Of a stretch of 64,000 nucleotides of DNA, positions 9,046-17,857 are shown piece by piece. Under the pieces are notes generated by a model. It saw only the letters and a list, made by a program, of their open reading frames with translations, did not search any database and was not told the DNA's origin. The DNA lies in contig URXV01000005.1 in assembly GCA_900551865.1 (NCBI GenBank), positions 29,535 through 93,534 of the forward strand, written 5' to 3'. A program made the position numbers and the translations under genes. Numbering within the stretch: position 1 is the first letter of the stretch; each line of letters opens with the position of its first letter. The stretch comes from an uncultured Rickettsiales bacterium. GTDB lineage: Bacteria; Pseudomonadota; Alphaproteobacteria; RF32; CAG-239.

Positions 9046-9284
9046 AATCCTTAATTTTAAATTATACTTAATTAGGCTTTAAGAATACCATATTTTAAAG
9101 GCTTTGTCAAATATGTTTTTCACGCGCTCTTCCCCGCCGCCGGTTGCCGCTCGCCCGGCCGTTCATCGTCCCGTTTCTCTCGCCGACCGGCCGTTCGTCG
9201 CCCTGTTTTTCTCGCCGCCCGGTTTCAGAACCGCACTGTTTCCGGCCGCTTTGTTTTTTCTTCCGTCGCCCTGTTTCCCGTCAT

Positions 9285-11066
9285 TCAGAATGAAATCCGC
9301 CACCAGACGAACGCCGAGAGAAACGCAAACACCGCAATCAGCGCCAGCCCCGCCCCGCAGGCAAGAGTTCCCCACACCCGCTGTCCGGTTTCGGGAACCT
9401 TGTCCAGAAACTGCGCCAGCAGCAGCGCCACCGGTAGCGTGATAATCGCGACGTAGCGGAAATCCTGATTGCACATATACGGGTGCTTGAGGCCGAACAT
9501 AACCTGCCCGGCAAGTATCCCCGCCAGCAAAATCATTGTCAGCCAGAATGCCTGTGTCTGCCGTAATGCCTGTGTCTGCCGTTTCTTGGCGCCCAGATAA
9601 GCTGCCGCAACAACCGCCAGAACCAGCAGGGCCTTGTAAGTCAGAACCAGCGCCGTAATCAGCCCCATAATATCTGCTCCGCGCATTGAGAAGTCCCATT
9701 GCCCGAACAGCGCCGTCTTTGTCATCGTCTCCCACAGGTTGATGCCGAAATCATTGTAAAACATCTGCGGGTAGAATAGGGCGCCGAGCGGGTTAAACCG
9801 CTTCCACAAGCTGTAACCTTTAAGCGACAGATGTTCCTGCGGCGGCACAAAGTCAAACCCGACATTGAGGAAATAATGCTGGTATAGCGGCCAGATTGCC
9901 AGCCCCGCCAGCATTAAGCCACCGAAAACCGCCGTTTCCGCCAGCTGCCGTTTGTTCTCCGCTCCGCTTTTCTGTTGCTTGTTTTTTGTTTCCGCCAGCC
10001 GCCGCCCGTTTCCCGGTTCTTGTCGCTGCTGCCACAGCCGGAGGAGTATTGCTGCGCCGGTCAGCGGCAGGACGACAATTCCCGACAGTTTGGTCAGCGC
10101 CGCCGCGGTGGCAAACAGCAGGATAAATGCCAGATTTTTCCGCCCGCCGTCACGGTAATAGAGCAGGGAGTAATAAACCGTTCCCGCCTGTAACGGCAGC
10201 AGCAGGCAGTCGTTGTTGAAAAATCCCGCAATGGCGTTATACGCCGGGAAGAAGCAGACAAAGGCCAGCGCCCCGCAGTAAACCGCCGTCCGCAGCCGGA
10301 AGAAACGCAGGATTTTCCCTGCCAGAAAATAATACCACAGCATATAGAAACAGAAACAGACCTGTGCCGCTTCCGCCGCCAGCAATATATTGGCACCGGC
10401 GCCCACCCCAAGCTCCGCATTCTGTATACCGGCGCCCGAAACCATAATTCCCGCTCCGGTGTCTGCCCCAATCCCCGCGTTCAGTATTTCCGCTCCCAGA
10501 ACCGTCGCCAGCCGCATTTCCCCCGCCGCCAGCAGAAAATGCAAAATCGGGTGGTAGGTCGAATAGCTCGGGCGGGTCAATAGAGGATTTTCCCGCCAGA
10601 ACAGGAAGTCGTTTTCCAAAATGTATTCAATATAGTTGTAGCAGGACGCGAAGTCATACTGTACGTCGGTATGTCCGGTGTTGGTAATGAACGAGAGGTT
10701 AAAATACGCCGCGGTCAGGATAATCAGCCGCCCGTACGGTATGGCCGCCTCATTGTTTGTGTTGCCGTCCGCAAGGGGGTAAAAGCCCTTCAGCATTCCG
10801 CCCGCCGCCATAAACGCCGCGAACAGCCAGACGCCCCATATCCGCGCCGGAAGCATAACCGCCGCCAGTGCCGCAATTCCCGCGCACAGCCCCCACGCCG
10901 TCAGCTTCTGTCCGCCGAGCCCGAGCGGGTTTAACGCCAGAACCAGCCCGAGCGCCAGCCATAGATTAAGCCTTGCCGCGTCAAGCCCGTATATGCCGGC
11001 CGCAATCGTTGCCGTAAAGAACAGCGCCGCCGCGCCCAAAAAACTCAAAACCGGAAATTTCAGCAT
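9285..11066 (-). CDS. polytopic membrane protein, possibly GT-C fold (ArnT/PMT-like) glycosyltransferase
   Basis: 593 aa with more than 10 hydrophobic helices. GGAGGGG lies upstream of the ATG. The overall layout resembles 4-amino-arabinose/mannosyl transferases, but that function is inference only. Confidence 0.6.
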   Translation of the reverse strand: MLKFPVLSFLGAAALFFTATIAAGIYGLDAARLNLWLALGLVLALNPLGLGGQKLTAWGLCAGIAALAAVMLPARIWGVWLFAAFMAAGGMLKGFYPLADGNTNNEAAIPYGRLIILTAAYFNLSFITNTGHTDVQYDFASCYNYIEYILENDFLFWRENPLLTRPSYSTYHPILHFLLAAGEMRLATVLGAEILNAGIGADTGAGIMVSGAGIQNAELGVGAGANILLAAEAAQVCFCFYMLWYYFLAGKILRFFRLRTAVYCGALAFVCFFPAYNAIAGFFNNDCLLLPLQAGTVYYSLLYYRDGGRKNLAFILLFATAAALTKLSGIVVLPLTGAAILLRLWQQRQEPGNGRRLAETKNKQQKSGAENKRQLAETAVFGGLMLAGLAIWPLYQHYFLNVGFDFVPPQEHLSLKGYSLWKRFNPLGALFYPQMFYNDFGINLWETMTKTALFGQWDFSMRGADIMGLITALVLTYKALLVLAVVAAAYLGAKKRQTQALRQTQAFWLTMILLAGILAGQVMFGLKHPYMCNQDFRYVAIITLPVALLLAQFLDKVPETGQRVWGTLACGAGLALIAVFAFLSAFVWWRISF

Positions 11067-11385
11067 TTACCGCCCCTCCGAAAAACGGCCTTTCGTTGTA
11101 ACGCGTCTCAACTTGAAAGTTGAAAATTACCGTTGCCCCAAAACCGGGAACTGGATCCCCTCAAACCGAAAGCCGTTTGATAAATCATTTAAAATCAGAT
11201 AACAGCTTTTTAAACCTCAAGTCAAGTCTGAAGATAAAACACGCACACGCCGTTTTGGTTTTTGTTTTGTCCGGGTTTTATCCGGTTTTGCTCGCCGCTG
11301 ATAAGCCAAAAAGTCCTTGCCAACCCCCGAATTTTATGTTAAAGTATAGCTAATTGATGTATAAACAGCCCGAAAGAGGTCTGCA

Positions 11386-14300
11386 ATGGGAATAAAAGAT
11401 ATTCTGAAAGGGCGGCAGGAAAGCGCCGACGCCGTGATTGATACCGGACGTTACCGGGAAGAAGCCCGTATCCGCCATATCAAAGACATTGTCAAAAATC
11501 CTCTGAACCGGATGCGGATTGAGTTTTCGGAAAAGTTTCTCGGCGCAAAGCATAAGGAGGACATAAGCGAAGAATATGTCCGCGATTTGCAGAACCGGCT
11601 GGAACCGATGTTTCAGGACAGTGAGGAGAGAAAAGCCGTATTCGCGTCTCATCGTGAGAATTTTGAGCATTTTCTGCAAACCGGCGACCTCAAGACGCCG
11701 CTGAACCTGAAAGACGAGGAATCGCAGTTTTTCTGGGGAACGGCGCTGGCGCTGTATGCGGTACATCCCGAAATGCAGGAGAAATGGGAGCGCCGCCATC
11801 AGGCGGACCGTATTTCGCACAGCACGATCTGGCGCCGCATTTCCTCGTCGTCGTATATGCAGCAGGAACTGCAGCGCCATGCGCATATTGTCGAGAGCGC
11901 GGTGGACAATCCTGATACCAGGCTGGTTTGGAGCGAAAACGGCTACCCGAACATCAGCTATTGTTTTGTTCCCGACCAGAATCTCATCATTGACGATATG
12001 CTGTGGACGCTGGTAACCGGCGTTGACGCCGCCGCAACGGCGATAAACCACGAAATCGCCCATTCCAAAGGCACGCAGTTTACCAATTCCCCGCGGATGG
12101 ATGAAATTGAAAAACAGCAGGAAGCTTTGGTTAAGGAAATGGAAGAAGCCACGGCGCGCAATGATATGTCGGCATGGATGGCCTCGGCAAAAAAGGCGGC
12201 TCGGCTTAAGGCGGAATACACCTACCGTTTTTATTTCTTTGACGAACTGGAAAATATGTACGCCAACCGTTATGCGGTCAACTTCGGCGGCGATTTTGAC
12301 CGGGCGCATTTAAACGAGCTTGAGGCGGATATCAATGTCGGCCGTAAATATGTCGCACCGCTTAAAATGGATGAAGCCGAAAAGGAAATGAACGCCAGCG
12401 CCGAAAAGCGCATCGCTCACGTTAAGGCCATTGCCCGCAACAGCTTTTTTGCCAATAACGGCCTGATAGAAAATCATAAGATGGAGGACTGGCACAGCCT
12501 GAACCTGTATCCTGAGCTTTTGAGCGGTGTGGATACCGACGGCCGCAAAATGGGGGCTGCCGAATGTTTTGAGCGTATCCGCGAAATCTGCGATAAGTTT
12601 GAAAGCTCCCAGCCGAACAAGGGGCTGAAAATCCTGAATGAAACGATTTATAACAAACGGATGACAGCAATGAGCCGCCGCCGTGTGGCGATGACGGATG
12701 AGTTTTTTGACCTGTTTGTCGCCCCGCACATGGAAGAGATATACAAAGCGGCGGAGAAACAGCTGGAAGATCAGGTCAGCCAGATGCAGAATCAGCAGCA
12801 GTCCGGTCAGAATGGTTCGTCCTCTCAGCAGGGACAACAGGGACAAGGGCAGGGTGCCTCAAGCCGGCAGCAGGGCAGTGCCCAAAACCAACAACAGGGG
12901 AACTCCGGCCAACAACAGAACAGTTCTTCCGCGCAGCAGAACCAGTCGCAAAGCGGGCAGGGACAGGGTCAGAACCAGCCCCAACAGTCCCAAAACGGAC
13001 AGAACCAACCCCAAAACGGGCAGAACCAGTCCCAGTCAGGGCAGAATCAATCTCAGAGCAGGACGGAACAGTCCCAGTCTGGACAGAGCCAATCCCAGTC
13101 AGGGCAGGGCACCGGCGGCGGAATGCCCGGTATGCCGCCTTTGCCGACACCGCCGATGGGAAACCAAAATCAGCAAGGCAACGGTTCCGGCAATGAAACC
13201 AGGCAGCAGCAAAACAACACCGGTCAGCCCGGCTCCCAACAGTCTGCTGGTAATCAGTCCGATGCCCAACAATCTCCCTCCGGTTCCCAACAGTCAGGTA
13301 GCGACCAGTCCGGCTCGTCGCAGTCTGCTGATAACCAATCCGGTGCACAACACTCCCCCGCCGGCTCTCAGCAAGGTTCCTCCGACTCGCAACAGTCTTC
13401 CGCTTTTCCTGACACCGGTCAGTTCCGTCTGCCGAATACCGACATTTATCAGCCGCGCCTCAGCGACGAGCAGATAAAAGAGCTGCTGGAAAAGGCCGAA
13501 ACCATTCGCGAGCTGAAGAAACAAGCCGGCGAAAACGGCGTTAAGGCCAACGATTTGCCCGACCGGGGGGATAATGCCGACAATCGCGGCACGCCGCGGG
13601 AAACCGGTGCGTTAGACGGTCAGCAGCACGGGCGCAACGAAAGCAGCCTTGAGGATTATCTGCCGCAAAACGATATGCCGACCCTGATTTCGATTGACGA
13701 TATGGTCAAGCTTAGCGAAGACGATATGCGGGCCGCGCGTTTTTACCGTGAGGGCAACTGGGACGAATACCAGAAATACATCGCGCAGTATGCCAACGAA
13801 ATAGCCCAGGCGAAAAAGCTCATCGGCGAAATCATCAAACAAAACAAGTTTGACAGTGTCCGCCGCGGCCACGAACAGACTAAGGAAAAAATGACCCCAA
13901 TCCCGGTTCAGGGCGGGCGCACCATAGATTTGCAGCGCCACGTCGCCCTCCAGCAGAAGCTTCGCCGCGGCGACCCGAATATCGGCAAAAAGGATTTGGA
14001 GCGGTTCCGTACCCGTTACAAATACTCTGAAGACGAGATAATCAAGGAAGTGCAGCTGCCGCAGTCCAACTTCGGAATTCTGATTGACGGCTCCGGTTCC
14101 ATGACCGGCAAGCCGTTTGACAATGCGCTGGCCATCTCCTGTATTTTGTATGAAGCCGCGCGTAGTTTTAAGGAAGTCAACATCTATATTTATATGATGG
14201 GCGAGCCTTATCCGCTGACCGTGGCGCTTCCCGACGACAAAACCAAAGACATTGCGAAACGGCTGGAAAGCGTGCGCCGGGGGCAGGGCGGCTGCAACGA

Positions 14301-14730
14301 CTTTTTGATTCCGGCGGTAAAGGAATTTTTGCAGGACGTTTCTGCGGGTATGGCAAAACGGCCTCATGTCAAAAGCGGCTTTACCCATATCTTTTCCATA
14401 ACCGACGGCGGCAACAACGACTACGGCTCGACCGATGTCAACGGTTGCCTGAAAACGATGCTGGAGAAAAACGAACAGCTGACGTTCGACAGTTTCTTTA
14501 TGGATGAGGGGGGAGAAAACTACACCAAGCCGCTGGTCAGGGAAATGCAGGCGAAAGGCTGCGACCGGATAGATTACGTCGACGGCATCGCTTCCGGCGA
14601 CCAGATACCCGGCAAAATTACCGAGATGCTGAAAAAAAGGATGAAACACAGCCGGATAAAGGAGCCGATGACCAACGCTGTTAAGGAAAAACTAATAATT
14701 GAGACCTTAAAATCCATAAAAAGGCGCTGA
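11386..14730 (+). CDS. HExxH metallopeptidase-like / Q,S,G,N-rich low-complexity / C-terminal von Willebrand A (MIDAS) protein
   Basis: AINHEIAHSKG (HExxH), with downstream FFDELENMY as a possible third ligand. About 210-aa Q/S/G/N tract. vWA signature ILIDGSGSMTGKPFD ... FSITDGGNND. Confidence 0.85.
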   Translation: MGIKDILKGRQESADAVIDTGRYREEARIRHIKDIVKNPLNRMRIEFSEKFLGAKHKEDISEEYVRDLQNRLEPMFQDSEERKAVFASHRENFEHFLQTGDLKTPLNLKDEESQFFWGTALALYAVHPEMQEKWERRHQADRISHSTIWRRISSSSYMQQELQRHAHIVESAVDNPDTRLVWSENGYPNISYCFVPDQNLIIDDMLWTLVTGVDAAATAINHEIAHSKGTQFTNSPRMDEIEKQQEALVKEMEEATARNDMSAWMASAKKAARLKAEYTYRFYFFDELENMYANRYAVNFGGDFDRAHLNELEADINVGRKYVAPLKMDEAEKEMNASAEKRIAHVKAIARNSFFANNGLIENHKMEDWHSLNLYPELLSGVDTDGRKMGAAECFERIREICDKFESSQPNKGLKILNETIYNKRMTAMSRRRVAMTDEFFDLFVAPHMEEIYKAAEKQLEDQVSQMQNQQQSGQNGSSSQQGQQGQGQGASSRQQGSAQNQQQGNSGQQQNSSSAQQNQSQSGQGQGQNQPQQSQNGQNQPQNGQNQSQSGQNQSQSRTEQSQSGQSQSQSGQGTGGGMPGMPPLPTPPMGNQNQQGNGSGNETRQQQNNTGQPGSQQSAGNQSDAQQSPSGSQQSGSDQSGSSQSADNQSGAQHSPAGSQQGSSDSQQSSAFPDTGQFRLPNTDIYQPRLSDEQIKELLEKAETIRELKKQAGENGVKANDLPDRGDNADNRGTPRETGALDGQQHGRNESSLEDYLPQNDMPTLISIDDMVKLSEDDMRAARFYREGNWDEYQKYIAQYANEIAQAKKLIGEIIKQNKFDSVRRGHEQTKEKMTPIPVQGGRTIDLQRHVALQQKLRRGDPNIGKKDLERFRTRYKYSEDEIIKEVQLPQSNFGILIDGSGSMTGKPFDNALAISCILYEAARSFKEVNIYIYMMGEPYPLTVALPDDKTKDIAKRLESVRRGQGGCNDFLIPAVKEFLQDVSAGMAKRPHVKSGFTHIFSITDGGNNDYGSTDVNGCLKTMLEKNEQLTFDSFFMDEGGENYTKPLVREMQAKGCDRIDYVDGIASGDQIPGKITEMLKKRMKHSRIKEPMTNAVKEKLIIETLKSIKRR

Positions 14731-14833
14731 TACGGAATTTAAGCGGCGGCGCGCGCATTTATTTCTTGCCGGACGGCAGAAAATATGTTAAAATAAAACA
14801 ATAGGCAGCCATGATAATAAAAGGAGAAAAGTG

Positions 14834-17521
14834 ATGGCGAAAATTTATAAGCATAAATTCGGTACCGAGGAATTTCCCGTTCCCATCGCCGACAAGATTA
14901 CCGGCAAGATTACCTGGCTGGCGTCGGAAGAAGATGCGATTTATATCCCGACCATGCGCGACGAGCCGAAAGAAGCCGTCTACGGCCGCCTTATCCGCAA
15001 TGTCGTGACCGACCCGACGATGATGAAGGATATGACCGAAATGTTGCTGCGCCTGGACAAGGGGCGCACGCCCGAAGAGAGCAAAAGCTACGGCTACACG
15101 ACGATGGGCGCTCCCGGTAACGGTAAGACTTACCTGACCAAGGCCATCGGCGCTTTGGTTCACCCGAAAGGCGCGCTGGTTGTCGACTGCAACAATATAG
15201 ACAATCCCGACGAACTGTACAAGGTAACGACGTTTAGCGTTGACGAAACCCGCAAACAGCGCAAGATTGACGCCCGCGTCAAAATGGGCAATATGGATCC
15301 GGAACAGGCGCTGTCCCAGAATGCCATCGCGTATATGAAAAAGATGTTCGGCAACGACGTCGTAACGCAGGAGACCCGCGACGGAAAGCGCATCACGGCG
15401 ATTGACTGGAACGCGGTCAAAGGTGATTCTGCCTTTGTTGAAGGCGTGATAGACAAAGTGATGGAAATGGAAAACATCCCGTATGAAAAAGATCAGAGCT
15501 CTTTGGGCTTCGTCGTTTCCAACGGCCCATTGCTCCGGGCGCTGGTGGATCCGGATTCCCCCGACTACGGCCGTATGGTCATTCGCGATGAGTCGAACCG
15601 CGGCCCGGTGGTTGACGCCTGGCTCAAAATTGAGGCCTTTTTCTCCGAACCCGGCGCCGACGAACTGAAACTCAAGGGCGAGGACGACAAGGAATTTACG
15701 ATTAAGCGTTCGGATATTCCCGAAACCTTTATGTTCTTAGGCACCGCCAATCAGGCGACCGAAGATATGGGCACGAGCGCCAAGGAGCTGACCAAGCCGA
15801 TGATTTCCCGTCAGGGTATGGGGATTGACATCCGCCAGATTGCCGACGCGGAAAAGGCCGACTACCTGTCGCGTACCTTAAAGCACCTGACCGGCGTGCC
15901 GGCATACCACGTTTATATGATGGATCCGGAAACGTTTGACCGCAATCCCGAACAGCTGGCCGAAACGCTGATGTATTTCCGCACCGTCGGCCTGACGCCG
16001 GAAGAAAAGAAAAAGATTCCGCAGGAAGAATTGTTTAATATCCGCCACATAGACCGCACAATTAAAGTTGCGACGCAATACGGCGCCCTGCTTTCCGAAG
16101 CCGAAAACATCATCACCAAAGCCGCCAAGGACGAAACGCTGCCCGAACGCTACACCTCGTATCTGGAAAATCAGGCGGTCGTCGACCTGCGTTATGTATT
16201 CAAGCTTTATCAGCACGCCAAGATTGACCAGCCGCGCGGCAAATCGTCCGGCGCCGGGATTTTCTCCAAGCTCGGCCGCGCCGTCAAGCCGCAGACGCAG
16301 GAAGAGGTGGCGTGGGAGCTGAACAAGCGTATCGCCCGCCGCGAAAAGGAACAGCTTCTGGTGCGCGGCACAAGGCTTGAAAACGAAGTCGCCGTCAAGT
16401 TGAAGGATATGATAATCCCGGACAGCATCAACAGCCTGCTGCGCGATTCGGAAGACCGCAAAGCGGATTACGAAAAGATTGAAGGGCTGTGGAAGTCTTT
16501 GCAGCAGACGGCCAAAGGGCTGAATTTTGAATTTGCCGGCTATGTCGGCGAAGATTCCGTCGCCAAGACCTATAACGCCCGCCCCGAAGACCTGCCGAAC
16601 GTTGCCCTTGACGAGATTAAGGAAGTGCTGATTGCTTCCATCCGCGAGGAGTACAAGGACGAACTGCAGGGGCAGAAACTGTCCGCCGAAGACGTGTTTG
16701 ACGACAATACGCTGCTGGAAGCGACGCAGATGCTGGCCAGAGAAAACGAAGGGCAGAGCATCTTCGTTCCGAACTATGATTTGGAAACCGCTGCCGAAAA
16801 GCCTTTGAAACAGGTGTATATGGCTCCGGTTCACGGCGAGGGGGCGAGGATTGACCGCGAGAGCCTGATTAACACCAACCAGTTTGCCGACAGCTTTATT
16901 ATCAAAAGCATGCGCAGCCACAATATCAAAAAATATGCCAAAGAGGCGCCGCATCTGGATGTTGATGCGTATCTGGAAGAGCTGGCGCAGTACGGCGAGG
17001 ACTGCGTAAACAACGGAAAAATGAGTTGCGAAATTGCCTCTGACAAAAACGACGCCTTTTTCACCACCGTTGTCTTTGTCAATGACCGTGAGAACCAAAA
17101 GACGGGCGTCGCCGGAATAGTCTATAACAAAGCCAATCAGAATACGTTGATTCTGGCCGACTTTGACGTCAGCGACGATGACAAGGCCAAATTGAGCAAA
17201 AACGGCGTCTTTTACGTCAATTTGAACGAGGTCAACAAGACCGGAGAATATGAAATTATCGGCAATTACCTGAGCAAACAGACGATGATGCACGAAGGAG
17301 TTACCAATGCGCATGTCGTATCGTCGCTGATGCTGCGCATTGACACAGAGATGGGAATGGGCAGCAGCGGAGACGAAAATGCCGAGGAATTTTGCTATTT
17401 TCTGCAAAATATGGGCGAAAACGAAAAGCAGAACATTGACGCTCTGCAGCTGACGAACGTCGAATACGAAAAAGGCCTGCCGGTAAAAGCGGCATTGAAC
17501 AAAAAATTGAATGGGAGATAA
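14834..17521 (+). CDS. AAA_5 (MoxR/dynein-related) family ATPase with large insertion and ~500-aa C-terminal extension
   Basis: Walker A GAPGNGKT. NGPLLRAL...GRMVIRDESNRGP (Walker B region). FLGTANQ (sensor 1-like). ISRQGMGIDI (Arg finger region). AGGAG lies 7 nt upstream of ATG 14834. Confidence 0.85.
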   Translation: MAKIYKHKFGTEEFPVPIADKITGKITWLASEEDAIYIPTMRDEPKEAVYGRLIRNVVTDPTMMKDMTEMLLRLDKGRTPEESKSYGYTTMGAPGNGKTYLTKAIGALVHPKGALVVDCNNIDNPDELYKVTTFSVDETRKQRKIDARVKMGNMDPEQALSQNAIAYMKKMFGNDVVTQETRDGKRITAIDWNAVKGDSAFVEGVIDKVMEMENIPYEKDQSSLGFVVSNGPLLRALVDPDSPDYGRMVIRDESNRGPVVDAWLKIEAFFSEPGADELKLKGEDDKEFTIKRSDIPETFMFLGTANQATEDMGTSAKELTKPMISRQGMGIDIRQIADAEKADYLSRTLKHLTGVPAYHVYMMDPETFDRNPEQLAETLMYFRTVGLTPEEKKKIPQEELFNIRHIDRTIKVATQYGALLSEAENIITKAAKDETLPERYTSYLENQAVVDLRYVFKLYQHAKIDQPRGKSSGAGIFSKLGRAVKPQTQEEVAWELNKRIARREKEQLLVRGTRLENEVAVKLKDMIIPDSINSLLRDSEDRKADYEKIEGLWKSLQQTAKGLNFEFAGYVGEDSVAKTYNARPEDLPNVALDEIKEVLIASIREEYKDELQGQKLSAEDVFDDNTLLEATQMLARENEGQSIFVPNYDLETAAEKPLKQVYMAPVHGEGARIDRESLINTNQFADSFIIKSMRSHNIKKYAKEAPHLDVDAYLEELAQYGEDCVNNGKMSCEIASDKNDAFFTTVVFVNDRENQKTGVAGIVYNKANQNTLILADFDVSDDDKAKLSKNGVFYVNLNEVNKTGEYEIIGNYLSKQTMMHEGVTNAHVVSSLMLRIDTEMGMGSSGDENAEEFCYFLQNMGENEKQNIDALQLTNVEYEKGLPVKAALNKKLNGR

Positions 17522-17526
17522 GCATT

Positions 17527-17841
17527 ATGGAAAAGCGTTATGACAAAGGGCAGATAGAGACCGTCGTGCTGCAGGCTGTATTGGCCCGCCCGTATAAGGA
17601 ATTCGGCGGCTGCCGGATATATCCGCTTCATGCCGAGGGGGAAGAGGCCGTCGTCAAAAATCTTGCGGGCAGCCGCGAGGTAACGACGCTTGCCGAGCTG
17701 GAAGACGCCGTCAATGCGCCTGAAGTGGCAAACGTCTTTATCGGCCGTTCTGCCGCCGTTACCTCCAAAGGGATGAAAAACGTCTTGTCCCGAACGTCGC
17801 TGGCAAAAGATATTTTCTGCGCGTTTGAAGTCAGGGAATAA
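17527..17841 (+). CDS. hypothetical small protein (104 aa), operon member
   Basis: Starts 5 nt after the ATPase stop, with GGGAGA as SD. No motif recognised. Confidence 0.6.
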   Translation: MEKRYDKGQIETVVLQAVLARPYKEFGGCRIYPLHAEGEEAVVKNLAGSREVTTLAELEDAVNAPEVANVFIGRSAAVTSKGMKNVLSRTSLAKDIFCAFEVRE

Positions 17842-17857
17842 GAAAAACGGGGGTGCG

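Noticed and set aside
9104-9442. Proline/serine-rich ORFs in the pyrimidine-rich spacers (also 7363..7923 +, 29786..30058 +, 35023..35292 +)
   Set aside because: They are a direct consequence of the C/T-rich composition. They have no start context, and similar ORFs appear in every such spacer.
11350-17407. Long minus-strand ORFs overlapping the vWA and AAA genes (11350..12309, 13612..14649, 15878..17407)
   Set aside because: They are antisense shadows of strongly supported plus-strand genes. Their translations are low-complexity and rich in R, F, V and L.
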